Assembly: GCA_038245845.1 (NCBI GenBank)
Contig: JBBRRZ010000011.1
Location: forward strand, 36,494-100,493
From: Candidatus Limnocylindrales bacterium
GTDB taxonomy: Bacteria; Chloroflexota; Limnocylindria; Limnocylindrales; CSP1-4
DNA length: 64,000 nt
Direction of reading: 5' to 3'
A program made the translations under genes and the position numbers. The notes under the pieces are model-generated. The model had not been told where the DNA came from. It worked only from the letters and a program-made list of their open reading frames with translations, and ran no database searches. Every line of letters starts with the position of its first letter. The stretch's first letter is position 1. Of the stretch, positions 1 to 11,377 are shown one piece after another.

Positions 1-146
1 AGCGTGTCAGCTTCCCCCGAGCCGAGCGCCGCGCCGACCAGTTCGTCGCTCATCGAACCATCCGCCGGTCCCACCACGTCGCCGTCGCTGGAGCCGTCGG
101 TTCCGCCGAGCCCGACCCCGAGCCTGGATTCGTCCGCCGCGCCCTG
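1..146 (+). CDS. 3' end of a gene encoding a Pro/Ser/Thr-rich low-complexity C-terminal tail (partial)
   Basis: Frame 3 is open from the window start and translates to ...PSAAPTSSSLIEPSAGPTTSPSLEPSVPPSPTPSLDSSAAP, then a TGA at 144-146. There is no domain to identify. Confidence 0.25.
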
Positions 147-361
147 AGCCGTCAGGCGTAACGCGGTTCGATCACACCGCCCGCCGCCCGCGCCGGTCGC
201 GCAGCGGCGCTAGGGTTCCGTGCTGGAACGTTCCGGTCGCCGGGCGGCGCAATTCGGCCGAATCCGGACTCCGGACGCAACATCCCGGTCGCGCAGTGGC
301 GGAAACGTCCCGTGACGGAACCGTAGCGCCTCCCAGCGGCGGTCCGACGCGCGCGGACGCC

Positions 362-616
362 TCAGCCGAGCTCGATGACCGGGAATCCCTCGCGCTCCGC
401 GGCTCTCGCCAGACGCGAATCGAAGGTGACGAACGGCAGCGAGCGCGGACTCTCGTCCGCAGCCGCGATGGCGGCCGCAAGTTGAAAGGCGTCCGCTGCA
501 CGTAGCGGGTGAACGCGCAGCAGGCGCATGGCGGTCTCGCGCACGCGGCTCGTCGGCTGCACCTCGACCCATGCATCGGCGAGGACGGCCAGGCGGGCGG
601 TCGCCTCCGTCTCGAG
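362..616 (-). pseudogene. VapC-like PIN-domain toxin remnant (C-terminal half only)
   Basis: The ORF from 562 down to 362, extended upstream in frame to the stop at 617-619, gives ...TARLAVLADAWVEVQPTSRVRETAMRLLRVHPLRAADAFQLAAAIAAADESPRSLPFVTFDSRLARAAEREGFPVIEL. This is a typical VapC C-terminus. No N-terminal PIN half with the catalytic Asp residues is visible in any frame. Confidence 0.3.
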
Positions 617-907
617 TCACGGTGCGAACTCCCTCTCTGGTCTGCTCGTGGTGGCGGCGCCCCAGCGCTTGCGGCGAGCATGCGCAGGATCCCTCCGCCC
701 GGCGGCAGGAGATGAAGTCCGATGATCACGCGCTCACGGTCTGCGCTGGACATCGTACGAGGCGGGAGCAACGCCGATGCGCAACGCACAACACGGCTCG
801 GGTGTCGGAGATTTGCGTCGGTTTGGACCGGTGCTCCCGGCCCGTGTTCACCAGATGCCCACCAGGCGGGCGGGACTTTCCAGGCGGGCCCGCTCCGACC
901 GCTGCCC

Positions 908-2074
908 CTATGCCGCCCCGGCGACCTCGGCGGTGAGCGTGCCCTTGTCCATCGCGCGCGCGATCCCGTCGGCCAGCGCGTCGTCGACGATCGCGCCGAG
1001 CTGGTCCCACTCGATCAGGAACGCATCGTGCCCCTTCGACGAGCGGATCTCGCGGTATGACGCATCGACCCCCGCCGCGGCGGCGGACTCCACGAGCTCG
1101 CGAACCTGCGCGGGGCCATACAGGATGTCGCCCGGGACTCCGATCCCCGTGACGCCCACGCCGGCAGCCGCGAGCGCACGAAACGCCTCGATGATCCCGC
1201 CCCGTCCACGCCCCACGTCGTGGCCGTCCATCACCCGCACCAGCACCCGATAGGTCTCCGGGTCGAAGCGGTCGACGAGCTTGTCGCCCTGGTGATCGAG
1301 GTAGGACGCGATCGAGAACCGTCCGTCGGCCTCGCGCGCGCGCCCGAACCGCCCGTCGAAATCCTCCTCGGAGCGGTACGTCGTCATCGCCAGCTGTCGA
1401 GCCAGGGCCAGGCCCTCCGCCCCGAGCCGCTCGATCAGCTCGAGCTGGATGTGGTTCCACGCGATTGACATGGGCCCGAGTGCCGCCGGCGCGGCCATCG
1501 GCAGCAGGTGATCGACCGAATCCGGCCGCTCCAGCGCAACCTCCTGGGCGATCATCCCGCCAAGCGACCCGCCGGTCACGAGCACGAAGCGCTCGATCCC
1601 CAGCCGGTCGGCGAGCGCCCACAGCGCCCGTGCCTCGTCGCGCGCGGTGACGACGGGGAAGGGCGCGCCGAACGCAGCCCCCGTCGCGGGATCGATCGAT
1701 GTCGGTCCCGTTGACCCGTACCGACCGCCCAGCAGATTCGCGCACAGCACGCCGACGCGCGTGGTGTCGAGCGCTCGACCTGGGCCAATCATCGGCTCCC
1801 ACCAGTCGCCGGCCGCGTCAGCCGACCCGGTCAGGGCATGGACGATGAGCACCTGTGGGGCGTCCGGACCCGGCCCGTCGTGGCGATAGGCGAGCGTGAC
1901 GGACAGCGAGGGACCGCCGACCTCCAGGGCGAACGCCCCAAGGTCGGCGACCGCGATCCGGCCCGTCCCGAGCGATGACGGGTCGGACGGCGCAAGCACG
2001 GGATCGTCCCCCGGAGAAGGAGCGTCCCCCACGGAACGAGCGTCCGGGAGGAACCGCGTGGCGTGTGGCGTCAT
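908..2074 (-). CDS. metX: homoserine O-acetyltransferase (alpha/beta hydrolase)
   Basis: 388-aa ORF with the HALTGS...WW motif and the GGSLGG nucleophile elbow (GxSxG). It lies immediately downstream of metY on the same strand. Confidence 0.85.
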   Translation of the reverse strand: MTPHATRFLPDARSVGDAPSPGDDPVLAPSDPSSLGTGRIAVADLGAFALEVGGPSLSVTLAYRHDGPGPDAPQVLIVHALTGSADAAGDWWEPMIGPGRALDTTRVGVLCANLLGGRYGSTGPTSIDPATGAAFGAPFPVVTARDEARALWALADRLGIERFVLVTGGSLGGMIAQEVALERPDSVDHLLPMAAPAALGPMSIAWNHIQLELIERLGAEGLALARQLAMTTYRSEEDFDGRFGRAREADGRFSIASYLDHQGDKLVDRFDPETYRVLVRVMDGHDVGRGRGGIIEAFRALAAAGVGVTGIGVPGDILYGPAQVRELVESAAAAGVDASYREIRSSKGHDAFLIEWDQLGAIVDDALADGIARAMDKGTLTAEVAGAA

Positions 2075-2081
2075 GGGAGCC

Positions 2082-3539
<1,458 letters not shown>

Positions 3540-4129
3540 TCAGTCGCTGACGATCAGCGCGGGAGACCTCGGCGCCCGTCTTCCGAACGGGGCCGCCCAC
3601 GCATACACATGTCCCAATTGAGGGTGGTGTTGATCATCAGGTGGCGGAGGATGGGGGAGAGGGGTGGTCCGCGTCAACCCCGCCGCTGCCGGCGCAACCG
3701 AAATGCAACCCTCGTCGCGTGGCGTCGCGCCGCGTCGGGTCGCGGCCCGGCCGCAGTCAGGTGTCAGAACCTCGGCCTCGAAATCGGCCTGCGGATCCAC
3801 TGGCCCGACGAGTCGGCTGGACTCCTGGTCCGCACTGGCGGGCTCTGGGCGTCGGCGACGAGACCCGCAGTCCGGCAGCCGGCCAGCGAGGCCCCGTGGG
3901 GATGCCGAGACTGCTGCGATCCGGACCACCAGTCTCGACACGGACCGCGGAGGGGCGTCAATGGAGGAGGGGCCCAGGCCCGGCGGCACGCTGCACCGGC
4001 ATGCGACGCTGGGCGGCACCGGCGGACGACCTCGGCAGCGCTGGGTATCGGCCGTCAGGCCTGCGGGCCACGCGGCTTCGCCATGCCTCGCCAGTACAGG
4101 GTCAGGGCAACCCGCCCCCGCGCCGAGCC

Positions 4130-4690
4130 CTAGTTGGCCGGGCTGGCCGAGGCGTCCTCGTCCGCGTCGTCCGCGCCATGCAGCCAGCCGTTGCCGTGCC
4201 CGTTGCCGAGGCCCTTGCCGAATCCCTTGCCCAGCGACCGCAACTCGTCGACCGTGATCTTGCCATCGGCCATCAGCGTCGTGAGCTGGCGCAGTGGGCT
4301 GTCGGCGGGGAGCTTGGCGAGCTCGGCCTTCGTGATCACACCGTCGGCGAGGAAGTCGCGCAGCTGCTGGCGAGCCGCCTTGCGAGCCTCGTTGCGCGCG
4401 CCCTTCTCGGCCACGACGCCGTCGAGGATCGCTGTTCGCTGCGCGGCCGTGATCGTCCCCTTGGCGACGAGCGCGTCGAGGACGGTTGCAAGCGCATCGT
4501 CACCCTTCTCGGCCTTCTCGCCCTTGGCGCCCACCGGCGCCGCGGACGGCGACGCGGCCGCGGGAACGATCGATCCGCCGCCCGCGGCCGGGTTCGGTGC
4601 GCTGGTTGCCATGACGGCGCCCGCGCCAATGACGAGGAGCAGCCCCGCAAGGGAGAGCCCGACCGTGGTCCTCGAGCGCATCATTGACAT
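4130..4690 (-). CDS. Secreted or membrane-anchored protein with three SHOCT-like repeats and a Gly-rich C-terminus (paralog 2)
   Basis: 186 aa. N-terminal TM/signal segment MSMMRSRTTVGLSLAGLLLVIGAGAV. Repeats of the form L..L...G.IT..E...L (LDALVAKGTITAAQRTAIL, LRDFLADGVITKAELAKL, LTTLMADGKITVDELRSL), then GFGKGLGNGHGNG. It is the same length and architecture as the upstream paralog. Confidence 0.6.
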   Translation of the reverse strand: MSMMRSRTTVGLSLAGLLLVIGAGAVMATSAPNPAAGGGSIVPAAASPSAAPVGAKGEKAEKGDDALATVLDALVAKGTITAAQRTAILDGVVAEKGARNEARKAARQQLRDFLADGVITKAELAKLPADSPLRQLTTLMADGKITVDELRSLGKGFGKGLGNGHGNGWLHGADDADEDASASPAN

Positions 4691-4982
4691 TCGCCTCCCG
4701 TATGAAGTGCCAATCATGATCCTCGTCGGGCGGGCCGACAAGGGCGCCCCCTCACGTGCTGGTGCCCTCGCGCACCGCCGTTGCCGGGTACAGGCGCCGT
4801 TGCCGGGGGACGGAACGTGGCCAGAACCGATCGTGACGAGCGAACCGCTCGTGACGAGCGAACCGCTCGTGGCCCCGGGATCGGCCGAACCCGCTGGGAC
4901 GAACGTGGCCCGGCAGCGAACGTCGCTGCCGAATCGAAACGGCCCGCCGGTCAGGGCGGGCCGTCGTCGGGTGAGGGGTCGG

Positions 4983-5543
4983 CTAGGTGCTCGGGCTGGC
5001 CGACGGCACCGGCGCAGTGCCGTCCTTGCCTGGGCCGAAGAGGCCGCCGCCGTGGCCACGGCCGCCGCCGCCGCCGAGGAACCCGCGGCCGAGGCTCTGC
5101 AGCTCCTCGGTCGTGATCTTCCCGTCGTCGAGCAGGGTGGTCAGCTGGCGGATCCGGCTGTCCGCGGGGAGCTGGTCGATCTCGGCCTGGGTGATGACGC
5201 CGTCCGAGAGGAAGCCCTGGATCTGGGTGCGCTCGGCCTGGCGGGCCGCCTGGCGGGCGGTGCGCTCGGCGGCCACCGCGTCCAGGATCGCGGTCTTCTG
5301 CGTGCCATTGATGGTGCCCTTGGTGACGAGGCCGTCGAGCACGTCCGAGAGGATCGTGTCCTTCGGCGGCTGGGGCGTGGTCGCCGTGCCTGTGCTCGGC
5401 GAGGGCGACGCCGCCGCGGGGACGATCGTGCCCCCGTCGCTGCCGTTCGGGGCGCTGCCCGTCGCGGCGAACACGGCGCCCGCGCCGGCGATGACGAACA
5501 GGCCGGCCAGCGGCAGGACGATGGTTGAGCGGTTGAGCTTCAT
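4983..5543 (-). CDS. Secreted or membrane-anchored protein with three SHOCT-like repeats and a Gly-rich C-terminus (paralog 1)
   Basis: 186 aa. N-terminal segment MKLNRSTIVLPLAGLFVIAGAGAVFA. Repeats LDGLVTKGTINGTQKTAIL, IQGFLSDGVITQAEIDQL, LTTLLDDGKITTEELQSL, then GGGGGRGHGGG. It sits directly downstream of the histidine kinase on the same strand. Confidence 0.65.
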   Translation of the reverse strand: MKLNRSTIVLPLAGLFVIAGAGAVFAATGSAPNGSDGGTIVPAAASPSPSTGTATTPQPPKDTILSDVLDGLVTKGTINGTQKTAILDAVAAERTARQAARQAERTQIQGFLSDGVITQAEIDQLPADSRIRQLTTLLDDGKITTEELQSLGRGFLGGGGGRGHGGGLFGPGKDGTAPVPSASPST

Positions 5544-5596
5544 TGAGGTCTCCCGATGCGGGGTGCGCGACCGGTTGGACGCGCTGGGTGGCTGCC

Positions 5597-7102
5597 TCAG
5601 ACGATCGGCGTCGAGGCTGCGTCCTCGCCTTGGACGGGCTGGGAACGTGCTGTGAGCGTCGGGCTGGCCGGCGGCACGCCGAGCGTCGGGTTCGGCGGGA
5701 CGGTGAGCTGCAGTCGCATGACGAAGGTTGCCCCGCCGCCGGGCGTCGCTTCGTGGCGGATGCGGCCGCCCAGCGCATGCGTGATCGACGCCACGATCGA
5801 GAGCCCCAGCCCCGATCCGCCGCGGTCCCGGGAGCGCCCCGGGTCGGCGCGGTAGAAGCGGTCGAAGACCCGCGGGGCGTGCTCGGGGTCGATGCCCGGG
5901 CCCTGGTCGACGACGCGCAGCTCGGCGTCGTCGCCGTCGCGACGGAGCACGATCTCCGCGGGCGCCCCGGGCGCGGTGTGCACGCGCACGTTCGCCACGA
6001 GGTTGCCGATGACCTGGCGCAGCCTGTCCTCGTCGCCTGTCACCACGATCCCGGGGTCGATCGCGTCGACCAGCGGCCGTGCGGGCTCCACGGCGCGCGC
6101 ATCGGCCACCGCTTCGGTCGTGATCCGGCTGAGGTCGACGGGGTCGCGGCGCAGCGGCCGACCCTGGTCGAGGCGCGCGAGGAGCAACAGGTCGTCGACG
6201 AGGAGGCCCATCCGCCGGCTCTCGGTCCCGAGCCGCTCCATGGCCGCCTCCAGCTCCACCCGATCGGCGAGACCGCCGGCGCGGTACAGGTCGGCGTAGC
6301 CACGGATGGCGGTGAGCGGCGTCCGGAGCTCGTGCGAGGCGTCGGCGACGAACCGGCGCAGCTGGTCCTCGCTCCGTGCCTTCGCGTCCAGCGCTGCCCG
6401 CTGTTCGCCGAAGCTCGACTCGATCTGGTCGAGCATCGTGTCGAACGCGGCGCCGAGCCGGCCCACCTCGGTGTCGTCGTGCGGGACACCGGCGCGCTGC
6501 GTCAGGTCGCCATCGGTGATGTCGGCGGCGGTCCGCGCGATGCGCTCGAGGGGCAGGAGCCCGCGACGGACGATGAAGAATGCAATGCCCGTCAGGGCGA
6601 GGATGGCCAGGCCGCCGACGATCGCGAGCGTCCGGATGAGCGCGCGGGTCGCGTCCTCGACGCTGCTGAGCGGGGCCGCGATCGCGATGATCACGCCCGC
6701 GCGTCCCCGGCCCATGAGCACCCGGTAGTCCACGGTCCCGTCGCTGGAGCTCCGGTCGTCGATCCGGCCGAAGGCCTCGGGCGGGATGCCCGCCTGGTAA
6801 CCGGGCAGGACGGGAAGGGGATCTGGATCGCTCGCGAAGCCCGATGGGAACGAGCGCACGATCGCGCCCCGCCGATCGAGCCGCAGGACGGCGATCCGCC
6901 GCCCGGCCTCCCCCCCGGCCCCGCCGGTGAGGTCCTGGAGCTGGATCAGCCGGTCACCTGCGTTGACGATGGACGTCAGCTCCTGGTCCACCCGGTCGAG
7001 CAGCGACTGCCTCGTGAGCCCCACCAACGCCAGGCCGGCGAGCAGCAGCGCGACCGCGAGCGTCACCGCGAGCGAGAGGACGAGGCGGGTGCGCAGGGAC
7101 AT
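5597..7102 (-). CDS. Sensor histidine kinase (two TM segments, HAMP, HisKA, HATPase_c)
   Basis: 501 aa. N-terminal TM, periplasmic loop, second TM, H-box HELRTPLTAIRGYADL, and N, G1 and G2 boxes (DRFYRAD, GGSGLGLSI). It is separated by 12 bp from the upstream response regulator gene. Confidence 0.85.
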   Translation of the reverse strand: MSLRTRLVLSLAVTLAVALLLAGLALVGLTRQSLLDRVDQELTSIVNAGDRLIQLQDLTGGAGGEAGRRIAVLRLDRRGAIVRSFPSGFASDPDPLPVLPGYQAGIPPEAFGRIDDRSSSDGTVDYRVLMGRGRAGVIIAIAAPLSSVEDATRALIRTLAIVGGLAILALTGIAFFIVRRGLLPLERIARTAADITDGDLTQRAGVPHDDTEVGRLGAAFDTMLDQIESSFGEQRAALDAKARSEDQLRRFVADASHELRTPLTAIRGYADLYRAGGLADRVELEAAMERLGTESRRMGLLVDDLLLLARLDQGRPLRRDPVDLSRITTEAVADARAVEPARPLVDAIDPGIVVTGDEDRLRQVIGNLVANVRVHTAPGAPAEIVLRRDGDDAELRVVDQGPGIDPEHAPRVFDRFYRADPGRSRDRGGSGLGLSIVASITHALGGRIRHEATPGGGATFVMRLQLTVPPNPTLGVPPASPTLTARSQPVQGEDAASTPIV

Positions 7103-7114
7103 CGCCGACCGCCC

Positions 7115-7843
7115 TCAGGCGGCGCCGTCGGCGCGCAGCACGTAGCCGAAGCCGCGCACCGTCCGCAGGAGCTTCGGGTCCGAGTCGTCGAGCTTGCGTC
7201 GCAGGTAGCTGACGTACGTCTCGACGACATTGTCCTCGCCGTTGAAGTCGTACTGCCAGACGTGATCGAGGATCTGCTGCTTGCTGAGCACCCGCTCAGG
7301 GTTGAGCAGGAAGTAGCGCAGGAGGCGGAACTCGGTGGGGGAGAGGGGCACCTCGCGGCCGGCGCGCCAGACCTGGTGGCGGTCCTCGTCCATCTCGAGG
7401 TCCCGGTAGCGGAGCCGCGCCTGGGCCTCGTCGGCGCCACCGTTCCGGACCCGTCGCAGGAGGGCGCCGATGCGCAGGGTGAGCTCCTCGAGCGAGAACG
7501 GCTTCGTGACGTAGTCGTCGCCGCCCCGCACGAAACCCGTCACGCGGTCGTCCTCGGAGTCGCGGGCTGACAGGAAGATCACGGGGACGAAGTCGCGCTG
7601 CTCCCGGAGGCGGCGACAGACCTCGAACCCGTCGAGGTCGGGGAGCATGACATCAAGGATGACGAGGTCCGGGTTGGCGGTCGCGGCGGCCACGAGGGCG
7701 GCGTGGCCCGTTGCGGCGGTCGTGACCTGGTAGCCCATGTAGCGCAGGGCGGTCGCGAGCAGGTCCGTGATGGCGGGCTCGTCGTCCACGACGAGGACAT
7801 GCGCGCCGAGCGTGCCGTTCGGGAGCGGGGCTTGGGCGGCCAT
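7115..7843 (-). CDS. OmpR/PhoB-family response regulator
   Basis: 242 aa. Receiver domain (VLVVDDEP...LDVMLPDLDG...KPF) plus a winged-helix C-terminus (LSPTEFRLLRYFLLNPERVLSKQQILDHVW...RTVRGFGYVL). Confidence 0.9.
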   Translation of the reverse strand: MAAQAPLPNGTLGAHVLVVDDEPAITDLLATALRYMGYQVTTAATGHAALVAAATANPDLVILDVMLPDLDGFEVCRRLREQRDFVPVIFLSARDSEDDRVTGFVRGGDDYVTKPFSLEELTLRIGALLRRVRNGGADEAQARLRYRDLEMDEDRHQVWRAGREVPLSPTEFRLLRYFLLNPERVLSKQQILDHVWQYDFNGEDNVVETYVSYLRRKLDDSDPKLLRTVRGFGYVLRADGAA

Positions 7844-8162
7844 GCGCCTATCTTCGCGCGCGTAACCTGAGAGGTTCCTGTGCGTTCGCCGGGAACTCGC
7901 CCGGCTTCGCGTCCCACTCGCAGTCAGCGATCGTGCGCATGGACGTCAGATCGGGCGCCACGTCCTCGCGTTCGAGACCGGGGGTCCACGATCTGGCCGG
8001 CGATGGCAGGAGCTGGAGACTGCGAGTCCAGTCGGGCGGCGCGCCGGACGAGACGCCCGCGGCACGCACCGGGTGACGGGCCGGCCGCGTACGCCACCGA
8101 CATCCGGAGGTTGGGGCGGAACGACTCGTGACGACGGGTCGATCGCGGGGCATCATCGACGC

Positions 8163-9167
8163 ATGCCGAACCTCCCCGAGTCGTTCCGCGCCTACGTCGT
8201 CGACAAGCCCGATGACGGCCCGTTCAGCCGCGGCCTCCGGACGATGACGCTCGCTGACCTGCCGCCGGGCGAGGTCACGATCCGCGTCGAGTGGTCCAGC
8301 GTGAACTTCAAGGACGGCCTCGCCGCGCGGGTGGACGGCCGGGTCGCGCGGCACTACCCGCTGATCCCGGGCATCGACCTCGCGGGCGAGATCGTCGCGA
8401 GCGACGATCCGGCGTTCGCCGTGGGGGCGAAGGTGCTGGCGAACGGCTACGAGATCGGCACCGCGCGCCACGGTGGCTACGGGGAGCTCGGGCGGGTCCC
8501 CGCCGGCTGGACCGTACCCCTGCCCGCGGACCTCACTGCCCGCGACGCCATGGCGATCGGCACAGCCGGGTTTACTGCGGCAATGAGCGTCGACGCGCTT
8601 GAGCGTCACGGCCTCGGGCCCGGTGACGGCCCGGTGCTCGTCACGGGTGGCGCGGGCGGCGTGGGCTCGACGGCGATCGCGATCCTCGCGACCCGCGGCC
8701 ACGAGGTGTGGGCCGCGACCGGCAAGCCCGAGGAGCACGATCGGCTGCGCGCCCTCGGCGCGACCGGCTTCCTCACCCGCGACGAGGTCACGAGCCCCGG
8801 CCGGCCGCTCGATTCTGCGCGCTGGGCGGGCGCGATCGACACCGTGGGTGCGGCAACCCTGCCGTACGTGCTGCGGACGCTGCGGATCGGCGGGGCGGTG
8901 GCGTCGAGCGGCAATGCCTCGGGCGCTGAGCTCAACACGACGGTCTTCCCGTTCATCCTGCGTGGCATCGCGCTGCTGGGCATGGACTCGGCGAACATGG
9001 CAATCGGGCCGCGTCGCGAGCTGTGGCGCCGCCTCGCCGACGACCTCCGGCCGCGCGGGATCGCAGACAGGATCACGGAGGTCAGCTTGGACACCGTGGA
9101 GCCGGCGCTCGATGCCATCGTGGCCGGTCAGGCCAGGGGCCGCTGGGTGGTCCGCGTCACCGGCTGA
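8163..9167 (+). CDS. YhdH/AcuI-family quinone oxidoreductase (MDR superfamily; putative acrylyl-CoA reductase)
   Basis: MPNLPESFRAYVV...EVTIRVEWSSVNFKDGLA...VLVTGGAGGVGS...GRWVVRV. The ATG at 8163 is preferred over the upstream extension. Confidence 0.8.
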   Translation: MPNLPESFRAYVVDKPDDGPFSRGLRTMTLADLPPGEVTIRVEWSSVNFKDGLAARVDGRVARHYPLIPGIDLAGEIVASDDPAFAVGAKVLANGYEIGTARHGGYGELGRVPAGWTVPLPADLTARDAMAIGTAGFTAAMSVDALERHGLGPGDGPVLVTGGAGGVGSTAIAILATRGHEVWAATGKPEEHDRLRALGATGFLTRDEVTSPGRPLDSARWAGAIDTVGAATLPYVLRTLRIGGAVASSGNASGAELNTTVFPFILRGIALLGMDSANMAIGPRRELWRRLADDLRPRGIADRITEVSLDTVEPALDAIVAGQARGRWVVRVTG

Positions 9168-9219
9168 GGAACCACTCCGGGGATGACCCGGGACCACCGG
9201 GACCTGGCTGCTGGCCCTG

Positions 9220-9486
9220 TCAGGGCAGCGAGTCGGAGAGGTCCCAGGCTTTCGCCCCGCTCACGTCGAGCCGGATGACGAACCCGGGCGGCCGCCGCGC
9301 GACGTCGGCGTACGCGTTCCCGCGCTCGGCGCCGAGGTAGCGCGTCGCGATCGCGAGGCGTCCCTCCGCCGCCGCATCCGGGACGATCGTCATCACCTGG
9401 CCGTCGTCGCGGAACAGGGTGAGCGTCGCGGGCGATGGGGCGTCGATGAGCGACCGGAGCTCCGGCCCCACGGGGTCACGCTGCAT
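9220..9486 (-). CDS. Hypothetical small protein (88 aa)
   Basis: Compact ORF between yhdH and the MBL hydrolase gene with a non-Arg-rich composition. No recognisable motif. Confidence 0.35.
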   Translation of the reverse strand: MQRDPVGPELRSLIDAPSPATLTLFRDDGQVMTIVPDAAAEGRLAIATRYLGAERGNAYADVARRPPGFVIRLDVSGAKAWDLSDSLP

Positions 9487-9507
9487 TCGATGCCCCTCGG
9501 GCGCCCA

Positions 9508-10332
9508 CTATCCCGGGAGCTCGCCGCGGAGCTGGGCCAGCGCCCGCTGGATGGGCTCGCGCGCCGTCTCGGGCGGGTAGCGAACCAGGGGGATCGCCTC
9601 GTCGATCGTCACGCTGCCGGCGTGCACCAGCCGCGCCGCGTCCACGACCGACCGGATCTCGTCCAGCGACCGCTCCGCGAACGCGCGTCCCTCGTGGTCG
9701 CCGTGGCCCGGCACGACCACGGTGGACGGCCCGGTCATGGCCAGCAGCGCCTCAACCGTCGCGGGCCAGTCCAGCGGATAGCCGTCCGTGAAGTACGGCG
9801 TGGCGTGGTTCTCCAGGAGGTCGCCCGCACACATCACGTCCGCGCCCGCGTCCTCGATCCGCAGCACGATGTCGTTGTCCGTGTGCCCGCGGCCGAGGTA
9901 GACGAGCTGGACCTCGCGCTCCCCCAGGCAGATCACCGCCCGCTCGCGGAACGTGTGGTCCGGCGCGTCCAGCACGACCATGGCGAGGTCCGCGGCATGC
10001 TCCGGGAGCTCGGCTGCCGCGCCCGCTCGCTGCCGCTCGCCCGTCTCGCGGATCATCGACGCGCAGCGGACGTGGCCCCAGATCGACACCGGCCGGAACA
10101 CCGAGTTCCCGAACACGTGGTCGTAGTGGCCGTGGGAGTTGACGACGATGCCCACCGGCGGCGCGCCGAGCAGCCGCAGGTCGTCGAGGATCTCGCGCGC
10201 CTGCGCGCCGGTCGTGCGAGTGTCGAGGACCAGCGTCTCGTGATCGCCCAGGACCGTGACGATGTTCTGGTCGAAGAACTCGTAGCGGCGCACGACCACG
10301 CGGTCGCCGATCTCGACCCAGGGGCTCGCCAT
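9508..10332 (-). CDS. MBL-fold metallo-hydrolase
   Basis: HxHxDH motif (NSHGHYDH) plus downstream His/Asp ligands (VVPGHGDH). Confidence 0.8.
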   Translation of the reverse strand: MASPWVEIGDRVVVRRYEFFDQNIVTVLGDHETLVLDTRTTGAQAREILDDLRLLGAPPVGIVVNSHGHYDHVFGNSVFRPVSIWGHVRCASMIRETGERQRAGAAAELPEHAADLAMVVLDAPDHTFRERAVICLGEREVQLVYLGRGHTDNDIVLRIEDAGADVMCAGDLLENHATPYFTDGYPLDWPATVEALLAMTGPSTVVVPGHGDHEGRAFAERSLDEIRSVVDAARLVHAGSVTIDEAIPLVRYPPETAREPIQRALAQLRGELPG

Positions 10333-10415
10333 CGGGCAATCCTAGCTTTCGCCGATAGACGCGGATCGGCGGCGACCCGGACCGGATACCCTCCACCCCA
10401 CAAGGAGCGCCACCG

Positions 10416-11348
10416 ATGACCCTTTCGACGCCTGCGGGAACCGTCAGCCCGTCCACGGCGACCGCCCAGATGGCCGACGGCACCAACCTCCGGACGCTGC
10501 ACTGGCCCGCCGTGGGGGAGCCCGTCGCGACCGCGCTCATCGTCCATGGCCTGGGCGAGCACGCGGGGCGCTACGGCACGGTCGCGGAGGCGCTCACGAA
10601 CGCCGGCGTCGACACCTGGGGCTACGACCAGCGCGGGTTCGGTGCGTCGGGCGGGCCACGCAACCACGTCGAGCGCTGGGACATCCTCCACGACGACCTG
10701 GGCGAGCGCGTCGCCACGCTGCGCGCCCAGTTCCCGGACCGGCCACTGGTCATGTACGCGCACTCGCTGGGCGGGCTCATTGCGACGGGCTACGTGCTCT
10801 CGGGACGCGAGCGGGCGTTGCCGGACCTGCTGGTGCTCTCGGCGCCTGGGCTCGCCGACGACCTCCCGGGCTGGAAGCGCACGCTGGCGGCGGCGCTGAC
10901 CGGCATTGTGCCCAAGCTGCGGATCGCGAACGGGCTCCCGAGCGGCGGGCTGTCGCGCGACCCGGCCATCGAGGCGCGGATCGAGAAGGACCCGCTCGCG
11001 ACCTCCAAGTCAACGGTCCGGTTCGGCGCCGAGGCGTTCGCGGAACAGGACCGCGTCAACGAAGCACTCCATGACCTGCCGGCGATGCCGATCCCCACCT
11101 ACGTCTTCCACGGCTCCGCGGATCCGATCGTGCCGCTCCGGGCCACGGACGTGTTCGAGGGCATGGGCAACGTCACCCGGCACGTCCACGTCGGGCTGCG
11201 CCACGAGTGCCACCATGAGCCCGAGCACGAGCACGTCCTGGCCGAGGTGGTCGCCTGGATCGGGGCAAACGGCGTGCCGGTCCGCGGCGCAGCGCCCGTC
11301 CACCACGACGAGGAGCACGACACGGTCCACCACCCGGCCGCGGTGTAG
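10416..11348 (+). CDS. Alpha/beta hydrolase (lysophospholipase/monoglyceride-lipase-like)
   Basis: HGLGEHAGRY, nucleophile elbow AHSLGG, C-terminal His. About 310 aa. Confidence 0.8.
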   Translation: MTLSTPAGTVSPSTATAQMADGTNLRTLHWPAVGEPVATALIVHGLGEHAGRYGTVAEALTNAGVDTWGYDQRGFGASGGPRNHVERWDILHDDLGERVATLRAQFPDRPLVMYAHSLGGLIATGYVLSGRERALPDLLVLSAPGLADDLPGWKRTLAAALTGIVPKLRIANGLPSGGLSRDPAIEARIEKDPLATSKSTVRFGAEAFAEQDRVNEALHDLPAMPIPTYVFHGSADPIVPLRATDVFEGMGNVTRHVHVGLRHECHHEPEHEHVLAEVVAWIGANGVPVRGAAPVHHDEEHDTVHHPAAV

Positions 11349-11377
11349 ACTCTCGCCACAACCAAATATCCGCCTCC

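Noticed and set aside
5543-7570. 675-aa plus-strand ORF
   Set aside because: It is antisense to the histidine kinase and has an Arg/Asp/Gly-rich composition. The kinase motifs on the other strand are unambiguous.
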